Assembly: GCA_964567785.1 (NCBI GenBank)
Contig: CAZMOK010000009.1
Coordinates: 224-64,223, forward strand
DNA from: an uncultured Bacteroidales bacterium
GTDB lineage: Bacteria; Bacteroidota; Bacteroidia; Bacteroidales; JAGOPY01
Reading direction: 5' to 3'
Length of the DNA: 64,000 nt
The notes under the pieces are model-generated. The model was given only the letters and a program-made list of their open reading frames with translations, had not been told where the DNA came from and made no database searches. The position numbers and the translations under genes are program-made. Positions 34,388 through 43,418 of the stretch are shown in pieces. Within the stretch, counting starts at the first letter, position 1. Each line of letters begins with the position of its first letter.

Positions 34388-35827
34388 TTAATATTTAACC
34401 AGGTTTTTGAGCATTCCCTTGAAAACGAAAAGGTGGAAGGGCATCACGAGGTACCAGTACATCCTTCCCCAGAGGCCTTTGGGGCGGAAGGTTGCCTCCT
34501 GACTGACAATGGTTTTGTTTTCTTTATCTGATATATTGAATTCCAGCCATGCTTCTCCGGGCAACTTCATCTCAGCATAAAGCAGCAACCGTTTCTTTTC
34601 TTTATCGGCCAGTATCACCCGCCAGAAGTCGAGCGAGTCCCCTGTATGGATATCGGTGGGGTTTGTCCTGCCCCTCCTCAGTCCCACTCCTCCGACCATT
34701 TTATCCAGCCATCCGCGTACATTCCAGAGCCAGTTCCCATAATACCATCCCCGTTCACCACCTATTGCCCATATATTCTCAAGTACTTTGTCAGCCCTTT
34801 CCCGGTCAATTTCTTTGGTTTGCATATCCTTGAGGCAACCGTTTGAAGGCACTTCAATGTAGTCACGGATATTTCCCTCCAGCTTGCTGCTGCCTGCAGT
34901 GTCTTTCCAGCTTGATACAACCAGGTGCTGGTCTATTTTCTGAAATGCTTTTTCCACAGCCTCTTCGTACGAAAGCGGTTCTATCCCGAGTAATTTATGG
35001 ATTTCGTGATCCTTGGCCATCACTTCCACTTTCATGCTGCTGACGAGGTTGACCGCAAGATAATAAGGAACGGCCGTAACAAAATATAGCCAATAGGAAG
35101 AAAGGCGGGGGGTCATAACAGGAAGGGTGAATATGTATCTCTTCAACCCCCTCACTTTCGCGTACACCAGCATCATTTCCTTGTAGGTCAGCACATCCGG
35201 GCCGGCTGTATCGAATACTTTATCGTATACCTTTTCATTCAATTTGCACCTGCTCAGGCATTCTATAATATCCCTTACGGCTATTGGCTGGGTCCGGGTG
35301 AGTACCCACCTGGGGGTCACCATAACCGGTAGTTTTTCGACCAGGTCACGGATGATCTCGAACGACGAGCTGCCTGAGCCGATCACGATGCCAGCCCTTA
35401 AAACAGTCAGGTTGTATTTTCCCTTCCTGAGTATCTCCTCAACATTCTTTCTCGACTGAAGGTGTTTTGACAGGGTATCTTCATTTACAATGCCTCCAAG
35501 GTAGATTACCTGCCTGGCGTTTGTTCTGTCCACAAGCTTTCTGAAGTTTTCTGCCGATCGTGCCTCTTCCTCCTGAAATCCCTTGATCGAGCTCGACATG
35601 GAATGGATAAGATAATAGGCTACATCAATGTCTGCGGGAAGGCTGAACTCTTCCGGTACTGAAAGAAAATCAATTTCCACAGTGCTTATCCTGCCGGAAT
35701 AGGGGATGTCTGTATTGAAACGGTTCCGGTCCCTCACACAACAGACAACCTCATGCCCTTCGTGCAACAAGACAGAAAGCAGTCTCTTACCAATATAACC
35801 GGTAGCGCCTGTGAGCAGGATCTTCAT
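34388..35827 (-). CDS. NAD(P)-binding SDR-family protein with a C-terminal DUF2867-like domain
   Basis: MKILLTGATGYIGKRLL Rossmann start, 479 aa. The C-terminal half resembles DUF2867 (WRV....RLLLYAEMKLPGEAWLEF). Confidence 0.7.
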   Translation of the reverse strand: MKILLTGATGYIGKRLLSVLLHEGHEVVCCVRDRNRFNTDIPYSGRISTVEIDFLSVPEEFSLPADIDVAYYLIHSMSSSIKGFQEEEARSAENFRKLVDRTNARQVIYLGGIVNEDTLSKHLQSRKNVEEILRKGKYNLTVLRAGIVIGSGSSSFEIIRDLVEKLPVMVTPRWVLTRTQPIAVRDIIECLSRCKLNEKVYDKVFDTAGPDVLTYKEMMLVYAKVRGLKRYIFTLPVMTPRLSSYWLYFVTAVPYYLAVNLVSSMKVEVMAKDHEIHKLLGIEPLSYEEAVEKAFQKIDQHLVVSSWKDTAGSSKLEGNIRDYIEVPSNGCLKDMQTKEIDRERADKVLENIWAIGGERGWYYGNWLWNVRGWLDKMVGGVGLRRGRTNPTDIHTGDSLDFWRVILADKEKKRLLLYAEMKLPGEAWLEFNISDKENKTIVSQEATFRPKGLWGRMYWYLVMPFHLFVFKGMLKNLVKY

Positions 35828-35935
35828 TTTACTAAGTTAGCCTATTTGCTGAACAATCACCACAGAAGAAAGTTTAGGGTGCTAAATGAAAGGAGCAAAC
35901 CGTAAATCGGTAACCGGCGCCTGGCAGGGAACCCT

Positions 35936-36019
35936 GAGGCTAGAAATCAAATTAAACACTAATTAAACCAGAAGAACTCCTTTGTAAATCGTAATGCGTA
36001 AATTGTAAAATGTAAATTC
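35936..36019 (-). repeat. stop-codon-adjacent dispersed repeat, copy B
   Basis: On the - strand it begins at the base after the EF-G TAA: GAATTTA CATTTTA CAATTTA CGCATTA CGATTTA CAAAGGA GTTCTTC TGGTTTA ATTAGTG TTTAATT ... It is in the same register as copy A. Confidence 0.75.
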
Positions 36020-38092
36020 TTACTTCTCATTTTTCGCCTCCGCGATCTTCTTCAGTATCTCTTCCTGGGTGGAGGCGGGCACCGGCAAATACCGGTAGAA
36101 GTCCATGGAGTAATTGGCCCTGCCGCTCGAAAGGTTCCTTAGTTGGGTGGCATAGCCGAACATCTCGCTCAGCGGGACAAGGCCAACCAGCTTCTGCGAT
36201 CCCTTCCTGAACCTTCTCATCGAATCTATTTTACCTCGCCGGCGGTTGAGGTTACCGACGACATCACCGATATAATCGTCAGGTGTGTTGATCTCAATTC
36301 TCATTACCGGTTCCAGCAACCGAGGTGAGGCCTTCATGAATCCCTGCTTGAAACAGATGGATGAGCAGGTCTGGAAGGCAAAATCGGATGAATCGACCGG
36401 GTGGTGCTTTCCGTCGATCAGGGTTACCCGTACATCAACAACCGGATATCCCGCCAGGATGCCTTCATCCATGGTTTTCTTAATTCCTTTGTTAACAGAT
36501 GGAATGAATTCCTGTGGTATGGCGCCGCTCTTGATTCTGTCGATGAACTCGTAGCCATTCCCTTCGTTGGGTTCGATCCTCATTACGGTTTCGGCAAACT
36601 GGCCTTTTCCGCCTGTCTGCTTTGAATGCCTGTATTCGCTTTCAATCTCTGCAGTAAGTGTTTCCCTGTAAGCAACCGCAGGTTCTCCAACTTCAACATC
36701 CACCCCGAATTCATTCTTGATCCGGTCCATAATGATCTCAAGATGTAATTCGCCCATCCCCGAGATGATTGTTTCGTCTGTTTCCTCGTCAAACCTTACA
36801 TTGAAAGAAGGGTCTTCGTTGGAGAGCTTGGCCAGTGCTTCGCCCAGCTTGCTCTGGTCTTTCCTGCTTTGGGGTGTTATGGTCATCTCCATAACGGTAG
36901 GAGGGATGTTGATCGATTCCAGGAACAGTGGATTATCCTTGTCGCAGATAGTATCCCCTGTTTTTGTGTATTTCATTCCAATGAGGGCGACTATGTCGCC
37001 GGGACCGGCCTCTGAGATCTCTTGCCTGTCTTTGGCATGTATCTTCATGATCCTGCCTATCCTTTCAGGCCTGTCCTTGGTGGTGTTCAATATCTGCATA
37101 CCACTCTGAAGCCTACCTGAGTAGATCCTGATGAAAGTTTGCTGCCCCACATACGGATCGTTGATCAGTTTGAAGGCCAGTGCCGAGAAGGGGAGCTTTG
37201 CCGACGGGCACCGGGTATGTGTCTTGTCCTCATCATTTATATCTATCCCTACTACTGACCCGATATCAAGCGGGGAAGGCATATAGTCGACAACTGCATC
37301 GAGCAAGAGCTGGATGCCCTTGTTTTTATATGCAGCACCACAAAAAACCGGTGTGATCATCAGCTTCAGCGTGGCATTCCTGGCCACTTTCTTGATCAGC
37401 TCAACAGGTATTTCTTTCTCTTCCAGGTATAGTTCCATCAGCTTGTCGTCGAACTCAGAAAGTTGTTCCAGCAGTACATTCCTGGCTTCATCGGCCTTTT
37501 GCCGGTATTCTTCAGGGATCTCGGCTTCAATCCTTTCATAATCCTGGAAAATATAAGCCTTCTGTTCAATGATATCTATTATCCCCACAAAATCATCTTC
37601 CGATCCCATAGGCAACTGAAAAGGCATGGCATGAGCATCCAGGTACTCGTTCATCATACCTATCGCATCGTAGAAATCAGCTCCCGTGCGGTCCATCTTG
37701 TTAATGAAAGCGATCCTGGGCACTTTGTACCTGTCGGCCTGGGTCCACACGGTTTCACTCTGTGGTTCCACGCCGCTTACGGCGCAGAAAAGGGCAATCA
37801 TCCCGTCGATGACCCTGAGCGATCTCTCCACCTCAATGGTGAAGTCGACGTGTCCTGGTGTGTCGATGATATTTATCTGGTGTTTGTTCCATGTGCAGGA
37901 AATAGCAGCAGACGCGATGGTAATACCCCGTTCCTGCTCCTGTTTCATAAAGTCCATGGTGGCCTGTCCGTCGTGGACTTCCCCCACTTTCCTCGTAATC
38001 CCGGTATAATAAAGGATCCTTTCGGTAACAGTGGTTTTCCCGGCATCAATATGTGCCGCAATTCCTATATTTCGTAGTTCTTTCAGAGACAT
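36020..38092 (-). CDS. elongation factor G family GTPase (stand-alone paralog)
   Basis: NIGIAAHIDAGKTTVTERILYYTG, DTPGHVDF and NKMDR G-motifs, 690 aa with EF-G domains II-V. It is not in an rpsL-rpsG-fusA context. Confidence 0.9.
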   Translation of the reverse strand: MSLKELRNIGIAAHIDAGKTTVTERILYYTGITRKVGEVHDGQATMDFMKQEQERGITIASAAISCTWNKHQINIIDTPGHVDFTIEVERSLRVIDGMIALFCAVSGVEPQSETVWTQADRYKVPRIAFINKMDRTGADFYDAIGMMNEYLDAHAMPFQLPMGSEDDFVGIIDIIEQKAYIFQDYERIEAEIPEEYRQKADEARNVLLEQLSEFDDKLMELYLEEKEIPVELIKKVARNATLKLMITPVFCGAAYKNKGIQLLLDAVVDYMPSPLDIGSVVGIDINDEDKTHTRCPSAKLPFSALAFKLINDPYVGQQTFIRIYSGRLQSGMQILNTTKDRPERIGRIMKIHAKDRQEISEAGPGDIVALIGMKYTKTGDTICDKDNPLFLESINIPPTVMEMTITPQSRKDQSKLGEALAKLSNEDPSFNVRFDEETDETIISGMGELHLEIIMDRIKNEFGVDVEVGEPAVAYRETLTAEIESEYRHSKQTGGKGQFAETVMRIEPNEGNGYEFIDRIKSGAIPQEFIPSVNKGIKKTMDEGILAGYPVVDVRVTLIDGKHHPVDSSDFAFQTCSSICFKQGFMKASPRLLEPVMRIEINTPDDYIGDVVGNLNRRRGKIDSMRRFRKGSQKLVGLVPLSEMFGYATQLRNLSSGRANYSMDFYRYLPVPASTQEEILKKIAEAKNEK

Positions 38093-38258
38093 GGTCTTTG
38101 TTTTTGATCAATGTTGTATCGTGGAAAAATAATAAGACTCTTTTCCGGCTCACTTTTCGAGCGTGCAAAAGTAGTATTCAAATCAACATAAACATACTGT
38201 TTATTAAAATTTTACATTAATATAATATCACGAGTTAATAAACTCTTTGGCTTGGATC

Positions 38259-39101
38259 TTAATACTCGGAATGGAATTTTACCAGGCCTTCAATCGGACT
38301 TTGCAGAAAATGGCTTACACTTGAGCCAAATTCAGCAGCCACTTTCATGAAGTGCTCCTTGAAATGGAAACCTACCGAACCAACCACAGCCAGGGGTACT
38401 TCGGTGTGTTCAGGGTATTTGGTGATCTGTTCAGTAAAATAGTCGTGAAAATTACCCCTTACCAATCCCCGTACATAGGTGCTTCGCTGATGTTCACCTA
38501 TGAACCGTGAGAAAGATGCAAGGAACCTGTTCGGGTGTGGCTTGTTGTACACTGCATCGAGAATGTTTTCCAGGTTCAGTCCGAACTCTATATCGAAGGC
38601 TTTTCTTACCTGTGCAGAAACATTACCTTTAAGATAGTCGGCCAGCAGCATTTTACCTAAATAGGCCCCACTGCCTTCATCACCAAACAGATAACCTAAA
38701 GACGGAACATTGGCCACTATCTTTTTGCCGTCATAGTAGCACGAATTTGAACCGGTACCAAGGATGCAGGCAATGCCCTCCTTCCTGCCAAAAAGCGCCC
38801 TGGCTGCACCAAGCAGGTCGTGGTGGATATCGGCGTGGGCATTATGGAATACGCCTGTAAGTGCATCTTCAACAATGGTACATTTGGAAATAGTGGAGCA
38901 TCCGGCTCCGTAGAAATATATCTCCTTTACGGAGCCAGTATCTATGAAAGGTACCAGGTCTTTTTCGATCACTTTGGTAATAAAGGGACTATCGGAAAAA
39001 TAGGGGTTAAATCCGGGTGTTTCATAGGTTTCAGACTTGTAGTCCCCGTTTATCACAACCCATTCGGCCCTGGTTGCTCCGCTGTCGGCTATTAGTTTCA
39101 T
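38259..39101 (-). CDS. BadF/BadG/BcrA/BcrD-type ATPase (N-acetylglucosamine kinase-like)
   Basis: MKLIADSGATRAEW start and the GTGSNSC phosphate-2 motif, 280 aa. Confidence 0.7.
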   Translation of the reverse strand: MKLIADSGATRAEWVVINGDYKSETYETPGFNPYFSDSPFITKVIEKDLVPFIDTGSVKEIYFYGAGCSTISKCTIVEDALTGVFHNAHADIHHDLLGAARALFGRKEGIACILGTGSNSCYYDGKKIVANVPSLGYLFGDEGSGAYLGKMLLADYLKGNVSAQVRKAFDIEFGLNLENILDAVYNKPHPNRFLASFSRFIGEHQRSTYVRGLVRGNFHDYFTEQITKYPEHTEVPLAVVGSVGFHFKEHFMKVAAEFGSSVSHFLQSPIEGLVKFHSEY

Positions 39102-39114
39102 CTTTATAAAGATA

Positions 39115-39507
39115 TTAAATACTGCGGAACAAAGTTACAATATGTGGGATGAAAATGATCAGGCCGATTACGGCAGCGGTCAGGGCCGCAACCAGGACAC
39201 CACCGGCAGCAAGGTCTTTCACTTTTCCTGCCACGGGATTTTGTCCCGGTTCTGCTAAATCGGTTAGTTTTTCGATGGAGGTGTTAAAGAGCTCTGCCGA
39301 GATCACCAGTCCTATGGAAAAGAACAGGAAAAGCCATTCGGCCGGACTTAGTCCAAACCAGTAGCCGGCTACTACAACGCACAATGCAACGATGAAATGT
39401 ATCCTGGCGTTTCTCTGGGTCTGCAATAAGTATCCTATACCGTTGAATGCATATCTAAAACTGCTGAGGAACCTGTTGAACGGATCGTTTTCTTTAGGTT
39501 TCATCAT
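39115..39507 (-). CDS. dgkA: diacylglycerol/undecaprenol kinase family protein
   Basis: 130 aa with 3 TM helices, NARIH and ELFNTSIEKLTD motifs. Confidence 0.8.
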   Translation of the reverse strand: MMKPKENDPFNRFLSSFRYAFNGIGYLLQTQRNARIHFIVALCVVVAGYWFGLSPAEWLFLFFSIGLVISAELFNTSIEKLTDLAEPGQNPVAGKVKDLAAGGVLVAALTAAVIGLIIFIPHIVTLFRSI

Positions 39508-39564
39508 TTTTTTATTGATGTCTGGATGAAGGTATTTCGAAATATTGCGGAAAACAACAAAAAA

Positions 39565-40485
39565 TTATCCGCGGTATCTGTTTGCAAATTCTATGCTGAC
39601 GTAATTATCGAATGAAAGGCATGTGTCATTGGCAAATTCGGAGGCTGTTCCGATAATTTCCCTCCAGGTTTCTGCACTTACACTATCAAGGTCTTTCCTG
39701 GTGATATTATTTTTGAACAGTCCATATATGAGCCCTGCATTGAAATTATCTCCGGCACCAATAGTACTTACAGGCTCTATCTTCTTGACCGGCATTTCTG
39801 TAACGCCCTTGCTATTGCTAAGGATCACTTTATTGCTGCCCCGTGTTATGATCAGGTTCCGGCAGAATTTGTCAACCCTTTCCATCCAGTCTTCTTCTGA
39901 GCGGGTTTCAAAAATATTGAAAAGGTCATCTCTTGAAGCCCTTACTATATCTGCAAAAGACAGGTTCTCCTCAAAAGCGGGCATCAGTTCCTTGACATCC
40001 TGCGCATGGTTTTTCCTGATGTTGGGATCATAGATGATCATGGCGCCGGCCTCTTTTGCCCTCATAATGAATTCCTTCACCATCTTCCTGATCGAGAGGG
40101 TTATTGAATAGAAAGATCCGAACAGCACGATATCTCCCTGCTCTATTACAGGGAAAAGGTCAGTAAGACGCTTTTCCGGGTAATTTTTATAAAAGTTATA
40201 AGTAGCCTCCCCTTTATCATCGAGCGCAGCAATTGAAACAGGGGTCTTCCCGTTTTCATACAGTTGAAGGAACTGAGTGTTAACATCATTCTTCTTCAGG
40301 AATTCAATGATCCAGCATCCGGCAATATCGTGTGTTATTTCCGAGATAAGAAAGACTGGCAGGCCTGTCCTGCCTAATGAAACAGCCGTATTGAGCATGG
40401 CGCCGCCGGGTCGTGCGGCAACAGGGTCATGGCCTTCAAAAATTATATCCAATATTGTTTCACCAAAGGTAAAGATCTTTCTCAT
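39565..40485 (-). CDS. PfkB-family carbohydrate kinase (fructokinase-like)
   Basis: GGAMLNTAVSLGRTG near the N-terminus and the TIGAGDNFNAG anion-hole motif near the C-terminus. Confidence 0.8.
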   Translation of the reverse strand: MRKIFTFGETILDIIFEGHDPVAARPGGAMLNTAVSLGRTGLPVFLISEITHDIAGCWIIEFLKKNDVNTQFLQLYENGKTPVSIAALDDKGEATYNFYKNYPEKRLTDLFPVIEQGDIVLFGSFYSITLSIRKMVKEFIMRAKEAGAMIIYDPNIRKNHAQDVKELMPAFEENLSFADIVRASRDDLFNIFETRSEEDWMERVDKFCRNLIITRGSNKVILSNSKGVTEMPVKKIEPVSTIGAGDNFNAGLIYGLFKNNITRKDLDSVSAETWREIIGTASEFANDTCLSFDNYVSIEFANRYRG

Positions 40486-40534
40486 GGGGAAATTGATTGA
40501 TAACCGGCCCTGTTGTTCCAGGCTGACAGATTGA

Positions 40535-40606
40535 GCGGCAAATGGGATTCGAACCCACGACCCTCAGCTTGGGAAGCTGATGCTCTGCCAACTGAGCTAC
40601 TGCCGC
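40535..40606 (-). tRNA. tRNA-Gly (anticodon CCC)
   Basis: The - strand reads GCGGCAG-TA-GCTC-AGTTGGCA-GAGC-A-TCAGC-TTCCCAA-GCTGA-GGGTC-GTGGG-TTCGAAT-CCCAT-TTGCCGC, a complete cloverleaf. CCA is not encoded. Confidence 0.9.
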
Positions 40607-40620
40607 TTATAGCTTTACAA

Positions 40621-40746
40621 ATTTAACAAATAGTAGACAATAAATAGTAAATAATAAATAGTAGTTTTCAGTAATCAGTGATCCCGGTATCGCTTTGCCA
40701 GGTTAGTAATGGATAATCGATAATTAATACTAATCGGTGTTTTATT
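40621..40746. repeat. array of 18 in-phase degenerate heptamers
   Basis: ATTTAAC AAATAGT AGACAAT AAATAGT AAATAAT AAATAGT AGTTTTC AGTAATC AGTGATC CCGGTAT CGCTTTG CCAGGTT AGTAATG GATAATC GATAATT AATACTA ATCGGTG TTTTATT. Confidence 0.65.
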
Positions 40747-40826
40747 TAAAAAGAAAAATCATTTTTATGAAAGGGCAATACCCTGTTAATTCGGCGTTCA
40801 TTAACTTTGTGTTTTAAAAGATCGTA

Positions 40827-42557
40827 ATGAAGGTTGTTCAATATATATTCCTTTTCTCTCTATTGCTGTTCTCATACAATGCCGGCTCCCAGGATAATTA
40901 CCCCAAAGGGTATTTCAGGTCGCCGGTCGATTTTCCCATTCTCCTTTCAGGCACCTTCGGTGAACTCAGGGGGAACCATTTTCATTCCGGTATCGATATA
41001 AAAACAAATGGCCATAACGGGGCAAAGATCTATGCCATAGCCGATGGTTACGTCTCAAGGATCAAAATTTCGGCCTCCGGCTTTGGAAAAACCTTGTACA
41101 TAACCCATCCAAACGGTTATGTATCGGTATATGCCCATCTCGACAGGTTCAACAAGAAACTTGCCGGCTATACCAAAAAGAAACATTATGAGCATGAATC
41201 GTTCGAACTGAATATTTTTCCTGAAAAAGGCCTGCTTAAAGTAAGGAAAGGTGAGGTGATAGGCTATTCAGGTAATTCAGGGTACTCTTTCGGACCGCAC
41301 CTTCATTTCGAGATCAGGGAAGAGGCGAATCAAAAGCCCTTGAATCCGCTTTTCTTTGGATTCAAAGTAAAGGATTATATAAGGCCTAAGATCTCCTCAC
41401 TCACAGTTTATCCGGCAGCCCGGGGAGTTAAGGTAAACGGAAAGACTGAGCCTTTTTCCTATGATACTGAAGGTTGGGGCGAAAAGTACAGGCTGCCCGG
41501 AAAAGATACCGTGGAAGTCACCGGGCCGGTTTACCTGGGGGTTGAAACACACGATCTTCTCAATGATGCCGGCAATAAAAATGGTGTTTACTCTGTGGAG
41601 GTTCAGAAAGGCGCTGAAACGGTCTTTCTGTTCAGGGCAGAAAGTTTTTTATTCAGTGAAACACGTTACATCAACAGCCTTATCGATTACGGTAAATACG
41701 TCGATAACGGCCGGAAGATCATACGATCCAAAATAGATCCGAATAACCTCCTAAGTATGTACGGAAACTTCGGAGAAGGTATTATCGCTTTCGAAGAGGA
41801 AGGACTGACAGAGTTAGCAGTTGAGGTAAAAGATATAAACGGCAACATATCCAGGCTTGTTTTCATAGTATCTTACGATGGAAGTGAAACCTTGCGCCAA
41901 TATGCCATTTCCGCCCCCCCGGAGAATCGATCAATATTCAGGTACGATAAGACCAATCTCTTTGAAAACGGGGATATCAGGCTGGAAATACCCTACGGCG
42001 CCCTGTATGATTCGTTTGAGTTTACTTATGATACGCTGCCTGCCGCAGGTGGAAGTCTTTCAGGAGTTCACAGGATACATAACGACCATACACCTCTTCA
42101 CACATACTGTAACCTGGCCCTGAGGCTTCAGGCCAAAGTAAGTGATGAACTGAAACAAAAATGCCTGCTGGCAAAAGTTGATGAGACAGGCAGTTATACC
42201 GGGGCGGGTGGAGAGTACAACGACGGATACATCACAGCAGGCATCCGTGAGTTTGGTGATTATACTATCGTTGCGGACACGCTGGCACCGGTGATAAAGC
42301 CACTGAAGTATGCACGATACAAATCAGTGAAAGGCATAAAGAGGATATCTTTTAAGATAAGTGATGAATTGGCAGGTATCAAAAAATACAATGGTGAATT
42401 GAATGGAGATTGGGTGCTCATGGAATACGATGCCAAGAACGACCTGCTTTTTTACGATATAGATGAAAGAATGAAAAAAGGAATAAATAATTTCAGGCTT
42501 GTAGTCACTGATATGAAGGGCAATGAATCTGAGTATTCAACAAAATGGAAGTATTAG
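40827..42557 (+). CDS. M23 family metallopeptidase with a large C-terminal extension
   Basis: It has a signal peptide. HFHSGIDI, the active-site motif PHLHFEIR and NPL are present. About 380 further residues are of unrecognised fold. Confidence 0.85.
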   Translation: MKVVQYIFLFSLLLFSYNAGSQDNYPKGYFRSPVDFPILLSGTFGELRGNHFHSGIDIKTNGHNGAKIYAIADGYVSRIKISASGFGKTLYITHPNGYVSVYAHLDRFNKKLAGYTKKKHYEHESFELNIFPEKGLLKVRKGEVIGYSGNSGYSFGPHLHFEIREEANQKPLNPLFFGFKVKDYIRPKISSLTVYPAARGVKVNGKTEPFSYDTEGWGEKYRLPGKDTVEVTGPVYLGVETHDLLNDAGNKNGVYSVEVQKGAETVFLFRAESFLFSETRYINSLIDYGKYVDNGRKIIRSKIDPNNLLSMYGNFGEGIIAFEEEGLTELAVEVKDINGNISRLVFIVSYDGSETLRQYAISAPPENRSIFRYDKTNLFENGDIRLEIPYGALYDSFEFTYDTLPAAGGSLSGVHRIHNDHTPLHTYCNLALRLQAKVSDELKQKCLLAKVDETGSYTGAGGEYNDGYITAGIREFGDYTIVADTLAPVIKPLKYARYKSVKGIKRISFKISDELAGIKKYNGELNGDWVLMEYDAKNDLLFYDIDERMKKGINNFRLVVTDMKGNESEYSTKWKY

Positions 42558-42563
42558 GATAAT

Positions 42564-43418
42564 ATGGGTAACACTAGGGACATAGCCTTAGAAAAAATGA
42601 GGGAGCGTGCAAAGGAACTTAAGTGCCTTTATGCAGTGGACGAGCTTTTGGCAGGGAATGATGATCCTATCGATAAAGTGCTTGGTGAGCTTGTTACAAT
42701 AATACCTTCAGGCTGGCAACACACAACTTGTTGTGAAGCGCTGATAGTTTATGAAGGACAGGAATTCTTCACACAGGACCTGAAGAGAACAAAATGGTAC
42801 CAGAAAGCCGACCTGGTTATAGATGAGAATTACGCAGGAGAAGTAAGGGTATACTACACGATCAACGTTCACGGTTCAGATGATCCCTTTCTTCCTGAGG
42901 AACAGAAGTTGTTGAACAATATTGCCCAGCGGATAAGCCAGTTCATATTTCACCGCAAGCTAAAAAAAACAGTTGATTACATTAAGGAAAGCCCTTCAGC
43001 CAGGAAATCAGCAGACGACGGATCGATACTGACCCCTGACTCAGACGATCACTGGCGATGGAGGCAGATGGTAATCGAAAAGCTGGTTAATTCAATGGAT
43101 ATGAAAAAGCTTGGGGTAATAGCGGCATATATCATAGGGAGCACCAAAACGGCCACTGCCGGCCCCGGGAGTGACATCGATCTGCTGGTTCATTTTGAAG
43201 GTAATGCAGACCAAAAAAATATGCTTGAATCCTGGGTGGATGGCTGGGGAAGAAGCCTGGCATTCATCAACTACGAAAGAACAGGTTATAAAGTCAACGG
43301 CAGTCTGATAGATCTCCATATCATCACCGACAAGGATATCAAGGAAGGCAGCAGTTATGCCTCAATGATAGGTGCCAGTGAAAATTCAGCACGTCTTTTA
43401 AAATCCATCACTGAATGA
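42564..43418 (+). CDS. nucleotidyltransferase-domain protein with an N-terminal sensor-like domain
   Basis: The C-terminal half has a minimal Pol-beta NTase motif (IIGSTKTATAGPGSDIDLLVHFEG). The N-terminal ~135 aa has the pattern KELKCLYAV...FLPEEQKLLNNIAQRISQFI, which I associate with GAF-like sensor modules. Confidence 0.65.
   Translation: MGNTRDIALEKMRERAKELKCLYAVDELLAGNDDPIDKVLGELVTIIPSGWQHTTCCEALIVYEGQEFFTQDLKRTKWYQKADLVIDENYAGEVRVYYTINVHGSDDPFLPEEQKLLNNIAQRISQFIFHRKLKKTVDYIKESPSARKSADDGSILTPDSDDHWRWRQMVIEKLVNSMDMKKLGVIAAYIIGSTKTATAGPGSDIDLLVHFEGNADQKNMLESWVDGWGRSLAFINYERTGYKVNGSLIDLHIITDKDIKEGSSYASMIGASENSARLLKSITE

Noticed and set aside
37463-38077. 204-aa + strand ORF and neighbouring + strand ORFs inside the EF-G gene
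   Set aside because: They are antisense to a gene with an unambiguous EF-G translation and have no recognisable motifs.
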